From contig JBNKHE010000001.1 in NCBI GenBank assembly GCA_050290185.1, positions 226,713-290,712 of the forward strand: a DNA stretch of 64,000 nucleotides. The letters run 5' to 3'. Positions 1 through 8,900 of this stretch are shown here, one piece after another. The first letter of the stretch is position 1. Each line of letters opens with the position of its first letter. A program made the translations under genes and the position numbers. Under the pieces are notes generated by a model. It did no database searches. It saw nothing but the letters and a program-made list of their open reading frames with translations, and was not told where the DNA came from. The DNA comes from Pontiella sp. Lineage in GTDB: Bacteria > Verrucomicrobiota > Kiritimatiellia > Kiritimatiellales > Pontiellaceae.

Positions 1-133
1 CCGCATCAAACGGGCGCTGGCTGATCAGGTCGATGACACGCCGGAAAAATAATGTGTAAGGAATCCTGAACTGCTCCGACTACTGTTCAAACCGGGAATA
101 AACCTGGTCGAATAGTCACTAAAGGAGTGGTTC

Positions 134-571
134 ATGAAAAAGATAATTGCCTTGTACATCCTGTTCCTGCTGGGGGCGTCAAACCTGCATGCGGAACAGA
201 GCAACTGGTTCACCGACTTTGAAAAGGCCAAGGCGGCCGCCGCCGAACGCAATGTTCCCATTCTGGCCGACTTTGCCGGCTCCGACTGGTGCGGCTGGTG
301 CATGAAGTTGGATCAGGAAGTGCTCTCCCAACCGGAATTCCAGGTCTATGCCAAGGAGCACTTGGTGTTGTTTCTTGCCGATTTCCCCAACAGCAAACCG
401 CAGACCGATTCCGTGAAGCAGCAAAACAAGGCGCTTGCGGAATACTACGGCGTGGAAGGCTTCCCGACCGTTCTGCTTTTGAATGCCAACGGCAAGGTCG
501 TGGGCCGAACAGGATACCGGAAAGGCGGCCTGGCGGCTTATGTGGATCACATCAAATCGCTGCAGAAATAA
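134..571 (+). CDS. Exported thioredoxin-family (DsbD/Trx-like) protein
   Basis: Signal peptide; WCGWC active site; cis-Pro GFPT motif; AAGGAG RBS upstream. Confidence 0.9.
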   Translation: MKKIIALYILFLLGASNLHAEQSNWFTDFEKAKAAAAERNVPILADFAGSDWCGWCMKLDQEVLSQPEFQVYAKEHLVLFLADFPNSKPQTDSVKQQNKALAEYYGVEGFPTVLLLNANGKVVGRTGYRKGGLAAYVDHIKSLQK

Positions 572-723
572 AGAATTAAAATGAGGAGGTCACAGATCCG
601 AAAAAACTCCGAATACCTATAGTAAGAGAACGGATCAGAATCGAAGATCGGTAGTTTTGATCCGGCAGATGCCGGACTACATGATTCTGAATTCCAAAAC
701 ATAAACCAACAGGAGACAGTAAA

Positions 724-894
724 ATGAAGAATAAAACCATGATGATGGCCGCAATCGCGATGACCGTCTTGCTGATGACGATGACCGGATGCAATAGCAT
801 GTGCGGAAAGAAGGGCTCCTCATGCACAAAAAGCAGCATGAGCGAAATGGCGCATCCAGCCGGATGCAAATGCGAAAAATGCGCCGCGATGTAG
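724..894 (+). CDS. 56-aa Cys/Met-rich small lipoprotein (metallothionein-like); not in ORF track
   Basis: AGGAG at 711-715; ATG 724 to TAG 892-894; translation MKNKTMMMAAIAMTVLLMTMTGCNSMCGKKGSSCTKSSMSEMAHPAGCKCEKCAAM; lipobox-like MTG-C. Confidence 0.8.
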   Translation: MKNKTMMMAAIAMTVLLMTMTGCNSMCGKKGSSCTKSSMSEMAHPAGCKCEKCAAM

Positions 895-1023
895 CAGACC
901 TCTTTGACATCCGGGGTGGAAACGCCTCGGATTTTCTTTTCCATATTCTGTAGGGTTTGGCAATCTCACCCGACTATGGGTTGCCGGCTACAATACGTTT
1001 TGTCGGAACGAAAGGTTCGAGAC

Positions 1024-1752
1024 ATGAAAGCAAGAATCTGTTTATGGCTTTTCCTAGCAACTGCTGCGGTGGCTTCCGCCCGGACGTTTGACCAAACCTA
1101 CTCCGAATTAAACCAAGTGCTGGAACCCCGGGTGATGGACGGCCGGGTGGATTACCAAGGCCTGAAGGCCGATCCGCTGCCGCTGAAAGAATTCCTTTCC
1201 GAGGCGGGCGCGTTGAAGGAATCGGAATTCAATGCATGGAACAAGAACGAACAGTTGGCCTTCCTGATCAATCTCTACAACGCCGCGACGCTCCAACTGA
1301 TTGTCGACCACTACCCGGTAAAATCCATCAAGAAAGCCGGATCCATTTTCAAGGGGCCTTGGGATCAACCGGTCGTTCCACTGTTTGGAAAAATGATTAC
1401 ACTCAACGAACTGGAGCACGGGATCATTCGCAAACAATACCACGAACCGCGTGTCCACATGGCGTTGGTGTGCGCCGCCAAGGGCTGCCCGCCGCTGAGG
1501 AGCGAGGCCTACACCGCCGAAAAACTCGATGCACAGCTCGACGACCAAAGCCGCACCTATCTCACTTCGCCGGCAGGATTGGTGATCGATCAATCCAAGG
1601 GCGCGGCGCGCATCTCCTCCATCTTCAAATGGTACGGGAGCGACTTTTCGTCCGTGCCGGATTTTATCGAAAAACACAGCGGAAAGTCGCTGAATGGATT
1701 GAAAATCCGCTATATCGACTATGACTGGTCGTTAAACGAAAGTGAGAAATAG
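1024..1752 (+). CDS. DUF547 domain exported protein
   Basis: Motifs VDY..LK, QLAFLINLYNA, LNELEHGIIR, EPRVHMALVCAAKGCP, YDWSLN; signal peptide begins at ATG 1024. Confidence 0.9.
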   Translation: MKARICLWLFLATAAVASARTFDQTYSELNQVLEPRVMDGRVDYQGLKADPLPLKEFLSEAGALKESEFNAWNKNEQLAFLINLYNAATLQLIVDHYPVKSIKKAGSIFKGPWDQPVVPLFGKMITLNELEHGIIRKQYHEPRVHMALVCAAKGCPPLRSEAYTAEKLDAQLDDQSRTYLTSPAGLVIDQSKGAARISSIFKWYGSDFSSVPDFIEKHSGKSLNGLKIRYIDYDWSLNESEK

Positions 1753-1754
1753 AC

Positions 1755-2687
1755 ATGGACCAAACGTTGGACCCGAGTATCCATCTGGAACACAAGGAAT
1801 GGTTGCGAACGCCCGCCGGCGATCCGCGCGGATATATCCAGCCGCAGCGACTCAACGAGCTCTGGTTCCATACCGGCACCATCTGCAACCTGCGCTGCCC
1901 GTTCTGCCTCGAAGGCTCGAAGCCCGGCGACAACCGCCTCCAGCAACCCACGCTCGACGAGGTAAAACCGTTCGTCCAGGAGGCCGTCGCGTTGGGAGTA
2001 CAACAGTTTTCCTTCACGGGCGGTGAGCCGTTTATCATTCAAGAGATCATCGAGATTCTCGACTACGCGCTCGATTTCAACCCGTGCCTCGTATTGACCA
2101 ATGCCACCGAACCGCTGATCAGCCGCCTCGGCATGCTCGCGACACTGATCCGCAAGCCGTTTCCATTGCATTTTCGCGTCAGCCTCGACTATCCCGACCC
2201 GGCGCGACACGACAACGGCCGTGGGCGCGGAAACTTCAACCTGTCGCTGAAAACGATGAAGCAGATCCATCGCCTCGGCTTCAAGGTATCCATCGCCCGT
2301 CAAAGCGAGGTCAATGAAGATATCGAGGCGGTCAACCGCGACTTCCTCCCGTTTTTTGAACAGGCCGGCCTCCCGGCGGATACGACCATTGTCGTGTTTC
2401 CCGAATTCCACGAGCCCGGATCCAATCCCGATGTACCGTTCATCACCGAATCGTGCATGACCACCTACAAGACGGAGGAAGAGCGCGACCAATTCATGTG
2501 CAACTTCAGCAAGATGGTCGTCAAGAAAGGCGGCCGCATGCGGGTCTATGCCTGCACGCTGGTCGATGATGACGAAGACTACGATCTAGGCGGCACCCTC
2601 TCTGAAGCGATGAAGGTGCGGGTCATGCTCAAGCACCACCGGTGCTATTCGTGTTTCGCGAACGGGGCGTCGTGCAGTGAATTATAG
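1755..2687 (+). CDS. Radical SAM protein, related to the ArsS (arsenosugar biosynthesis) family
   Basis: CNLRCPFC motif; FTGGEP; Cys-rich tail HHRCYSCFANGASC; directly upstream of arsM. Confidence 0.8.
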   Translation: MDQTLDPSIHLEHKEWLRTPAGDPRGYIQPQRLNELWFHTGTICNLRCPFCLEGSKPGDNRLQQPTLDEVKPFVQEAVALGVQQFSFTGGEPFIIQEIIEILDYALDFNPCLVLTNATEPLISRLGMLATLIRKPFPLHFRVSLDYPDPARHDNGRGRGNFNLSLKTMKQIHRLGFKVSIARQSEVNEDIEAVNRDFLPFFEQAGLPADTTIVVFPEFHEPGSNPDVPFITESCMTTYKTEEERDQFMCNFSKMVVKKGGRMRVYACTLVDDDEDYDLGGTLSEAMKVRVMLKHHRCYSCFANGASCSEL

Positions 2688-2695
2688 GAAAGGAA

Positions 2696-3763
2696 ATGAT
2701 CATGAGTGAAATCGCAAAAACCAAAAGACATGAAGAGGTCAGCCAATACTACGGGGAAACCCTGCAGCATTCCGGCGACCTGAAAACCAATGCTTGCTGC
2801 ACCATCCAGGCCTATCCGGCGCATATCCAGGTGGCCTTGGAAAAGATCCACGACGAAGTCACCGGAAAATACTATGGCTGCGGCCTGACCATTCCCCTTG
2901 AACTCGAAGGCCGCCGTATTCTGGATCTCGGCTCCGGCTCGGGGCGCGACTGCTACATCGCCTCCTATCTCGTCGGTCCGGACGGCTATGTGGTGGGCAT
3001 CGACATGACCGATGAGCAGCTCGACGTCGCCAACCGCCACATCGATTATCACACAGAAGCTTTCGGTTACGGCAAACCCAACGTCGAATTCAGGAAAGGC
3101 TTGATCGAAAAACTCGACGAAGCCGGACTCGAAGACAACGCGTTCGACATCGTGATCTCCAATTGCGTAATCAACCTCTGTCCCGACAAGGATGCCGCGT
3201 TACGCGAAATCTATCGCGTGCTCAAACCCGGCGGCGAATTCTATTTTTCCGACGTCTATTCGGACCGCCGTATTCCAACGAACCTGCTCGACGATCCGGT
3301 GCTCTACGGCGAATGCCTCAGCGGCGCATTATACGAGCACGACTTTATCCGGCTGGCACGCAAGCATGGTTTCAACGATCCGCGCGAAGTAGCGCGCGAT
3401 CCGATCACCATCGAAAACAGCTATGTGCAGGAGCTGGTCGGCGGCATCCAATTCGATTCGATCACCTATCGGCTGTTCAAATTGCCGGAGCTGGAAGACG
3501 CCTGCGAAGACTACGGGCAGGCCGTCCGCTTCAAAGGCACGTTGCGCCACTCCCCGGATGTTTTCGAACTAGACGCCGATCATCGCTTCGAGAAGGGCCG
3601 GTCTCATCTGGTCTGCGGCAACTCTTTCAACATGCTGGCAAAGACCCGCTTTGCGGAACACTTTGATTATTTTGGAGACGAGTCCACCCACTTTGGACGC
3701 ATGATTGATTGCGCACCCACCAACGAAGCCGAACGGGCTTCCGGCGCAAGTTGCGGTTGCTAA
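2696..3763 (+). CDS. arsM: Arsenite S-adenosylmethionine methyltransferase (ArsM/AS3MT-like)
   Basis: KTNACC, YYGCG, LDLGSGSGRD, ISNCVINL and GECLSGA carry the conserved ArsM cysteines; start at 2696 or 2702. Confidence 0.88.
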   Translation: MIMSEIAKTKRHEEVSQYYGETLQHSGDLKTNACCTIQAYPAHIQVALEKIHDEVTGKYYGCGLTIPLELEGRRILDLGSGSGRDCYIASYLVGPDGYVVGIDMTDEQLDVANRHIDYHTEAFGYGKPNVEFRKGLIEKLDEAGLEDNAFDIVISNCVINLCPDKDAALREIYRVLKPGGEFYFSDVYSDRRIPTNLLDDPVLYGECLSGALYEHDFIRLARKHGFNDPREVARDPITIENSYVQELVGGIQFDSITYRLFKLPELEDACEDYGQAVRFKGTLRHSPDVFELDADHRFEKGRSHLVCGNSFNMLAKTRFAEHFDYFGDESTHFGRMIDCAPTNEAERASGASCGC

Positions 3764-3779
3764 TAACATGGAGGCAAAC

Positions 3780-4397
3780 ATGAAAAGCATAATGACACTC
3801 GCCATTGCAGCACTGTGCATCACGCTGACGGCGTCGGCTGAAGAAAAATTCCAACCGTTGATGATCGGGCAGGAAATTCCAGACCTCACGCTGAAGAACG
3901 TTGGCGGCGAAGCCGTAAAGCTGCGGGCGGCGGCCGCGGAACGACCCCTGGTGCTGATCTTCTACCGCGGAAGCTGGTGCCCCTATTGCAGCCGGCATCT
4001 CATGCAGATGCAGGAACTCGATCCCAAGCTGCGCGAGCTGGGTTACCGGATCATTGCCATCAGCCCCGACCTGCCGGAGAATCTGGAAAAGAGCATCGAG
4101 AAGGAAAAGCTGACCTACACGCTGCTTTCCGACTCCACCATGGCGGCATCCAAGGCCTTCGGGCTCGCGTTCACGGTCGATGATGCAACGCTCGAAAAAT
4201 ATGCGGGCTACGGGATCGATCTCGAAAAGGCCTCCGGCGAAAAGCACCACATGCTTCCAGTGCCGGCGGTCTTCCTAGTCGGGAAGGATGGCACCATCGA
4301 CTTTGTCTATGCCAACCCCGACTACAAAACGCGCATCGATTCCGAGGTGCTGCTGGCCGCTGCAAAAGCCGCAGTGAAGGCAGATGAAAAGCAATAG
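3780..4397 (+). CDS. Exported peroxiredoxin-like AhpC/TSA family protein
   Basis: FYRGSWCPYC, AISPD, LPVPAVF; GGAGG RBS; signal peptide. Confidence 0.88.
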   Translation: MKSIMTLAIAALCITLTASAEEKFQPLMIGQEIPDLTLKNVGGEAVKLRAAAAERPLVLIFYRGSWCPYCSRHLMQMQELDPKLRELGYRIIAISPDLPENLEKSIEKEKLTYTLLSDSTMAASKAFGLAFTVDDATLEKYAGYGIDLEKASGEKHHMLPVPAVFLVGKDGTIDFVYANPDYKTRIDSEVLLAAAKAAVKADEKQ

Positions 4398-5085
4398 ATG
4401 GATCAAGCCGTTGTTGATTGCGGCGGCCGTCATTGCAGTGCTGGTGCTGGGCGGAAAATACCTGCACCTGCAGCAGCGCATCGCCGATGTACTGGCATGG
4501 ATCGAGAATCTTGGGCCGGCAGGCATGGGCGTGTATGCGTTGCTCTACATCGTGGCCTGCATCTTGTTCATTCCCGGCTCGTTGCTGACGCTCGGCGCCG
4601 GGGCCATCTATGGCGTGGTTGCGGGCTCTATCCTGGTCTCGGTTTCCTCGACCCTTGGGGCAACCGCCGCGTTTCTGGTCGGCCGCTATTTTGCACGCGA
4701 CTGGATTGCGAAGAAGATAGAGGGCAATGCCCGCTTTACCACCATCGACGATGCCGTCGCGAAGGAAGGCTGGCGGATCGTCGGGCTCACCCGCCTTTCG
4801 CCGGTCTTTTCGTTCAACCTGCTCAACTATGCCTACGGCCTCACCAAGGTGTCGCTACGCGAGTATTTCTTCGCCTCGTGGATCGGCATGATGCCCGGCA
4901 CGGTGATGTATGTCTACATCGGCTCGCTGGCCGGCGACCTCGCCAGCATCGGTGCGGAAACCGCCGAAGCGCCATCCACCGCCCGATGGACCATCAACAT
5001 CGTCGCATTCATCGCCACCGTGCTCGTAACCGTCTACGTCACCAAGATTGCGAGGAAAGCCCTTTCGGAGAAAATCGATGAGTGA
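4384..5085 (+). CDS. TVP38/TMEM64 (SNARE-associated, DedA superfamily) membrane protein
   Basis: PGSLLTLGAGAIYG, AFLVGRY, RLSPVFSFNLLNY, GMMPGT motifs; multiple TM segments. Confidence 0.92.
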   Translation: MKSNRWIKPLLIAAAVIAVLVLGGKYLHLQQRIADVLAWIENLGPAGMGVYALLYIVACILFIPGSLLTLGAGAIYGVVAGSILVSVSSTLGATAAFLVGRYFARDWIAKKIEGNARFTTIDDAVAKEGWRIVGLTRLSPVFSFNLLNYAYGLTKVSLREYFFASWIGMMPGTVMYVYIGSLAGDLASIGAETAEAPSTARWTINIVAFIATVLVTVYVTKIARKALSEKIDE

Positions 5086-6592
5086 GGAATGGAAATTTGA
5101 TGTGCTTCCGGCCGATGAACACAACCAGCGCCTGCTGGACAATGTGCATCCGGCCGATTGGAAGAATCCGGAGCCGGACGGCACGTACAATCTGGTTGCC
5201 ATCGGAGCCGGCACCGCCGGTTTGATCTCGGCCATCGGCACGGCCGGGCTCGGTGGAAAGGTGGCGTTGATCGAACGGCACCTGATGGGCGGCGACTGCC
5301 TCAACGTCGGTTGCGTGCCGTCGAAGGCTCTGATCCGCCCGTCGCGGCTGGCGGCGGAAATGCGCAACGCGGCGGACTATGGTTTGACGCCATCCGAAAT
5401 CCATAAAGAGGATTTTCCGAAAGTCATGGAACGCCTGCGCCGTATCCGCGCCGACATCAGCAAAAACGATTCGGCGAAGCGCTACGCGGAAAAGGGCGTC
5501 GATATGTTCATCGGCGAAGCGAAGTTTACCGGGCATAACACCGTCGAGGTTGGCGGGAGGGAAATCCGTTTCAAGAAAGCGGTCATCACCACCGGCGCGC
5601 GCGCTGTGCATCCGGATATTCCGGGACTCGAAGAGGCCGGATTCCTGACGAACGAAACCGTGTTCAATCTAACGGAACGACCGAAGCATCTCATCGTGAT
5701 TGGCGGCGGCCCGATCGGTTGCGAGCTGGCCCAGGCGTTCCGTAATCTGGGATCAAAGGTTACGATCATTCAGCATTCTCGTTTTCTGCCGCGCGAAGAT
5801 CCCGAAGCCTCGGCGCTGCTTGCCGAGGTGTTTCAGCGCGAAGGCATCGAGGTGCTGCTCGACGCAACCGTTGAGCGCGTATCCACGGATGGCGCGATCA
5901 AGCGTGTGCATACAAACCATGGCACCATCGAAGGCGACGAGTTGCTCGTTGGCGTTGGCCGTGCTCCCAACGTCGAAAATCTTGGACTCGAAATGGCCGG
6001 CGTGGAATATGATCCCCGAACCGGAATCCATGTGGATGACCATCTTCACACGACCAATCCGAACATCTATGCGGCGGGCGACTGCTGCATGCAGCAAAAG
6101 TTTACGCATGCGGCCGATGCCGCCGCACAGATCGTCATTCAGAACGCGCTGTTTGGCGGAAGGAAAAAACTGTCCGCCCTCAACATGCCGTGGTGCACGT
6201 ACACCCATCCGGAAATCGCCCATGTCGGTCTGTACGAGCACGACGCCAAGGATAAGAGAATCAAAACCGATTCCTACAAATTCGAGATGGCCGAAAACGA
6301 CCGCGCACAGGCCGAGGGCGAAACCGAAGGCTTCGTGAAAGTCGTCGTAAAAAAGGGCACCGACAAGATTCTCGGCGCCACCATCGTCGCTGCGCATGCC
6401 GGGGAAATGATCAACGAAATCTCCGTCGCCATGGCGGCCGGCATGGGATTGGGAAAAATCGGCGGCGTGATCCATCCCTATCCCACGCAGTCCGAAGCCA
6501 TCAAGCGCGTGGCCGGTCTTTACAACCAAACCCGCCTCACCCCCACCGTTGCCAAGTTGATGAAAAAATGGCTGTTTTGGCAACGGCGCTGA
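5078..6592 (+). CDS. FAD-dependent pyridine nucleotide-disulfide oxidoreductase (MerA/LpdA-like)
   Basis: GAGTAG, GGDCLNVGCVPSK, GGGPIGCE, IHPYPTQSE; no C-terminal Cys-Cys pair. Confidence 0.9.
   Translation: MSEEWKFDVLPADEHNQRLLDNVHPADWKNPEPDGTYNLVAIGAGTAGLISAIGTAGLGGKVALIERHLMGGDCLNVGCVPSKALIRPSRLAAEMRNAADYGLTPSEIHKEDFPKVMERLRRIRADISKNDSAKRYAEKGVDMFIGEAKFTGHNTVEVGGREIRFKKAVITTGARAVHPDIPGLEEAGFLTNETVFNLTERPKHLIVIGGGPIGCELAQAFRNLGSKVTIIQHSRFLPREDPEASALLAEVFQREGIEVLLDATVERVSTDGAIKRVHTNHGTIEGDELLVGVGRAPNVENLGLEMAGVEYDPRTGIHVDDHLHTTNPNIYAAGDCCMQQKFTHAADAAAQIVIQNALFGGRKKLSALNMPWCTYTHPEIAHVGLYEHDAKDKRIKTDSYKFEMAENDRAQAEGETEGFVKVVVKKGTDKILGATIVAAHAGEMINEISVAMAAGMGLGKIGGVIHPYPTQSEAIKRVAGLYNQTRLTPTVAKLMKKWLFWQRR
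6467..6542 (+). repeat. 76-bp direct repeat, copy 1 (within 3' end of the oxidoreductase gene)
   Basis: Matches 8629-8704 with 8 mismatches. Confidence 0.92.
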
Positions 6593-6595
6593 CGA

Positions 6596-8632
6596 ATGGA
6601 GCGAAGATTACGCATGGATGGATGTCGTCGTAAGAATCGTTGGGGTTTCGCAGGCATATTTGTCTTTATACTGGTGACGCTTGCAACCGGAACCGGGGCG
6701 ATGAAGGGGCAGGAACCGTATCTGCACATGCTGCGTTTTGCGCTGGTGTCGGCAAGCGGCCTCATGGTGTTCCTCCTGTTGCCCCGGACGAGTTTCAATC
6801 CTTCGCGATGGATCATGTTGATGGCTGTGCTGGCACGGTTGGCGATGCTGCCCATGGAGCACACCGACGACATGAACCGCTATCTGTGGGAAGGACGACT
6901 GATCACGGAAGGCATCAATCCCTATCTGCATGCGCCCGACGATCCGAATCTTGCAGCCTTGACCCAAACCGATCCATACCACAGCGCCATCAACCTTCCA
7001 CATCTTTCGGCGGCCTATCCGCCGTTCGTGCTTGGTCTGTTCGCTGCGGCCGGCTCGGTCTGGTATAGCCCATGGGTCATCAAGCTCATGGTAGTGGCCT
7101 TCGACCTTTCAAGTGTTTGGCTCTTACTCCTGTTGCTGCGACACCGACGCCTTGATGCACGTTGGGCCTTGCTGTATGCCTTGAATCCGGTTGTGCTCTA
7201 TGCTTTCGCCGGGGAGGCGCACTTTGACGCGATCCAAAACTTTTTCCTGCTGGCCTCTCTTGTTGCCTTTGATCGCCGGCGCTGGGGCTGGATGTTTCTT
7301 CTGGCCGGATTGGCGATACAGTCAAAATATGTCGCCCTTGTCGCCTGCCCATTCCTGCTCCGCCGCGACAACCTGAAATGGATGTGGACCGGAGCCATTG
7401 CCGTAGTGCTCCCCTTTCTGCCGATTTTGGCCATGGAACCCGGCAATGTTTTTTCCTGCCTTTCAACATTCGGCCAGCACTACGCGTACAACGGTTCCAT
7501 GCACATACTGCTGTGGAACCTGCTGGACGACCAGGTGCTTGCAGCGCGCCTATGCATGATGGTTTTAACGACTGGATTGGTCGTTGTCTTTCTCCTGTAC
7601 AGCCCCATGCTGCGCCGCCGTTTTCGCGACGATCCGCATACCGGCATGATGGCGGCCCTGTCGCTGTTGCTGATCTTTTCCCCGACCATTCACTTCTGGT
7701 ATCTCAGCTGGATTGCTATCCTGCTCCCTCTGATTCCGCTTCGGTCGTGGATGCTAATCTGTGTCACGATCAGCGCATCGTTTGTCACGCGCCAGATCTA
7801 CGAACAAACCGGGCACTGGATGCTTCCGAATGCCTTTCTGATTATTGAATGGTCGCCCTTGTTGATTTTGGGATGGGAAGCTGCGGCCGGATTGCGCCGA
7901 AGCTTCCTGCCGGAACCGATCCCCCCGGAATCCATTTCGGTGATCATTCCAACGCTGAACGAAAGCGAACAAATCGGGCCATGCATCCAAGCCATTCAAT
8001 CGGGCGGCATCGTGACTGAAATCCTAGTAGCCGATGGCGGATCACAGGATGACACGATACAGCAGGCAAGCGCAGCCGGCGCCACGGTTTTGGAGGCGGT
8101 GGAAGGAAAACGCGGCGGGCAGATTATGGCGGGCATTCAACAGGCAACGGGCGATATTGTCGCCATCGTGCATTCAGACACCCTTGTCCCGGCCAACCTT
8201 TTCGAGGACATGCTGGAAGTTCTGCGACGCAATCCAAGCATGGGGGGCGGCGCGTTGGGTTCGGTATTCGATGGCCGCGGCACATGCCTGCGGCTAGTCC
8301 AGCTATTGAACGATTTTCGTGCCGCGTTTCTTGGGATCGCATTCGGCGACCAGGTGCAGTTTTTCCGCCGCGAAACTGGGCTGAAGCACAACGTTTTTTG
8401 CGGCATTCCACTCATGGAGGACGTGGAGCTGAGCCTTCGGCTTGGTCGCATCGGTCGCAGGGCCTTTTTATTTGGCGATGTTCAGGTGTCGTCCAGAAAA
8501 TGGAATGCAGGAGGACTCAAGCGCATTATTCTTGTTCTCCGCTTGGTCGGCACCTACTGCTTTCAGCGCCTATGGTGCAGGGCCGATACCGCCGCCATGT
8601 ACCGGCACTATTATAAAGAGGCTTCCGAGTGA
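6596..8632 (+). CDS. Fusion: multi-TM GT-C-fold (GT87/DUF2029-like) glycosyltransferase + TIGR04283-like GT2 domain
   Basis: TDDMNRYLWEGR, YPP and LNP..HFD in the membrane part; SVIIPTLNE, DGGSQD, HSD, FGDQ, PLMEDVE and SSRKW in the C-terminal part; start uncertain (6596/6614/6701). Confidence 0.82.
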   Translation: MERRLRMDGCRRKNRWGFAGIFVFILVTLATGTGAMKGQEPYLHMLRFALVSASGLMVFLLLPRTSFNPSRWIMLMAVLARLAMLPMEHTDDMNRYLWEGRLITEGINPYLHAPDDPNLAALTQTDPYHSAINLPHLSAAYPPFVLGLFAAAGSVWYSPWVIKLMVVAFDLSSVWLLLLLLRHRRLDARWALLYALNPVVLYAFAGEAHFDAIQNFFLLASLVAFDRRRWGWMFLLAGLAIQSKYVALVACPFLLRRDNLKWMWTGAIAVVLPFLPILAMEPGNVFSCLSTFGQHYAYNGSMHILLWNLLDDQVLAARLCMMVLTTGLVVVFLLYSPMLRRRFRDDPHTGMMAALSLLLIFSPTIHFWYLSWIAILLPLIPLRSWMLICVTISASFVTRQIYEQTGHWMLPNAFLIIEWSPLLILGWEAAAGLRRSFLPEPIPPESISVIIPTLNESEQIGPCIQAIQSGGIVTEILVADGGSQDDTIQQASAAGATVLEAVEGKRGGQIMAGIQQATGDIVAIVHSDTLVPANLFEDMLEVLRRNPSMGGGALGSVFDGRGTCLRLVQLLNDFRAAFLGIAFGDQVQFFRRETGLKHNVFCGIPLMEDVELSLRLGRIGRRAFLFGDVQVSSRKWNAGGLKRIILVLRLVGTYCFQRLWCRADTAAMYRHYYKEASE

Positions 8633-8704
8633 TCCACCCCTACCCGACCCAGTCCGAAGCCATCAATCACGTCGCCGGTCTTAACAACCAAACCCGCCTC
8701 ACCC
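8629..8704 (+). pseudogene. Orphan second copy of the oxidoreductase 3' segment (direct repeat copy 2)
   Basis: Translates to VIHPYPTQSEAINHVAGLNNQTRLT versus VIHPYPTQSEAIKRVAGLYNQTRLT in the intact gene. Confidence 0.9.
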
Positions 8705-8793
8705 AAGGTCAACGTGTCAGTCGCTCCGCTCGCGTAAGCGCTCTCTACAACAGCGTCGGGCACTGAGGACCGACTTGTTGCGGCGAAGGCGTT

Positions 8794-8892
8794 CTGGAGT
8801 GCAGCGGCAACCAACGGGCGACGCCGCTTTTCGGATCCAGCGGCTCTGCGCACGGAACGCGGCGGCAACTGAAAGTCGACGCCGCGTCCCAG
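8794..8892. repeat. Degenerate REP-like inverted doublet between convergent genes
   Basis: CTGGAGTGCAGCGGC...GACGCCGCTTT followed by an inverted related unit AACGCGGCGGC...GACGCCGCGTCCCAG; each unit is self-complementary. Confidence 0.5.
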
Positions 8893-8900
8893 GATTTCTT

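Noticed and set aside
1..52. 3' end of an upstream CDS (RIKRALADQVDDTPEK*)
   Set aside because: Plausible but too short to identify
1755..4397. Selenocysteine recoding in rSAM, ArsM or the Prx-like protein
   Set aside because: Relatives can be selenoproteins, but here the motif positions are Cys codons and the ORFs end in TAG/TAA
5078..6592. Mercuric reductase merA / mercury resistance
   Set aside because: No C-terminal Cys-Cys pair, no NmerA domain and no merR/T/P; the context is the arsenosugar-type cluster
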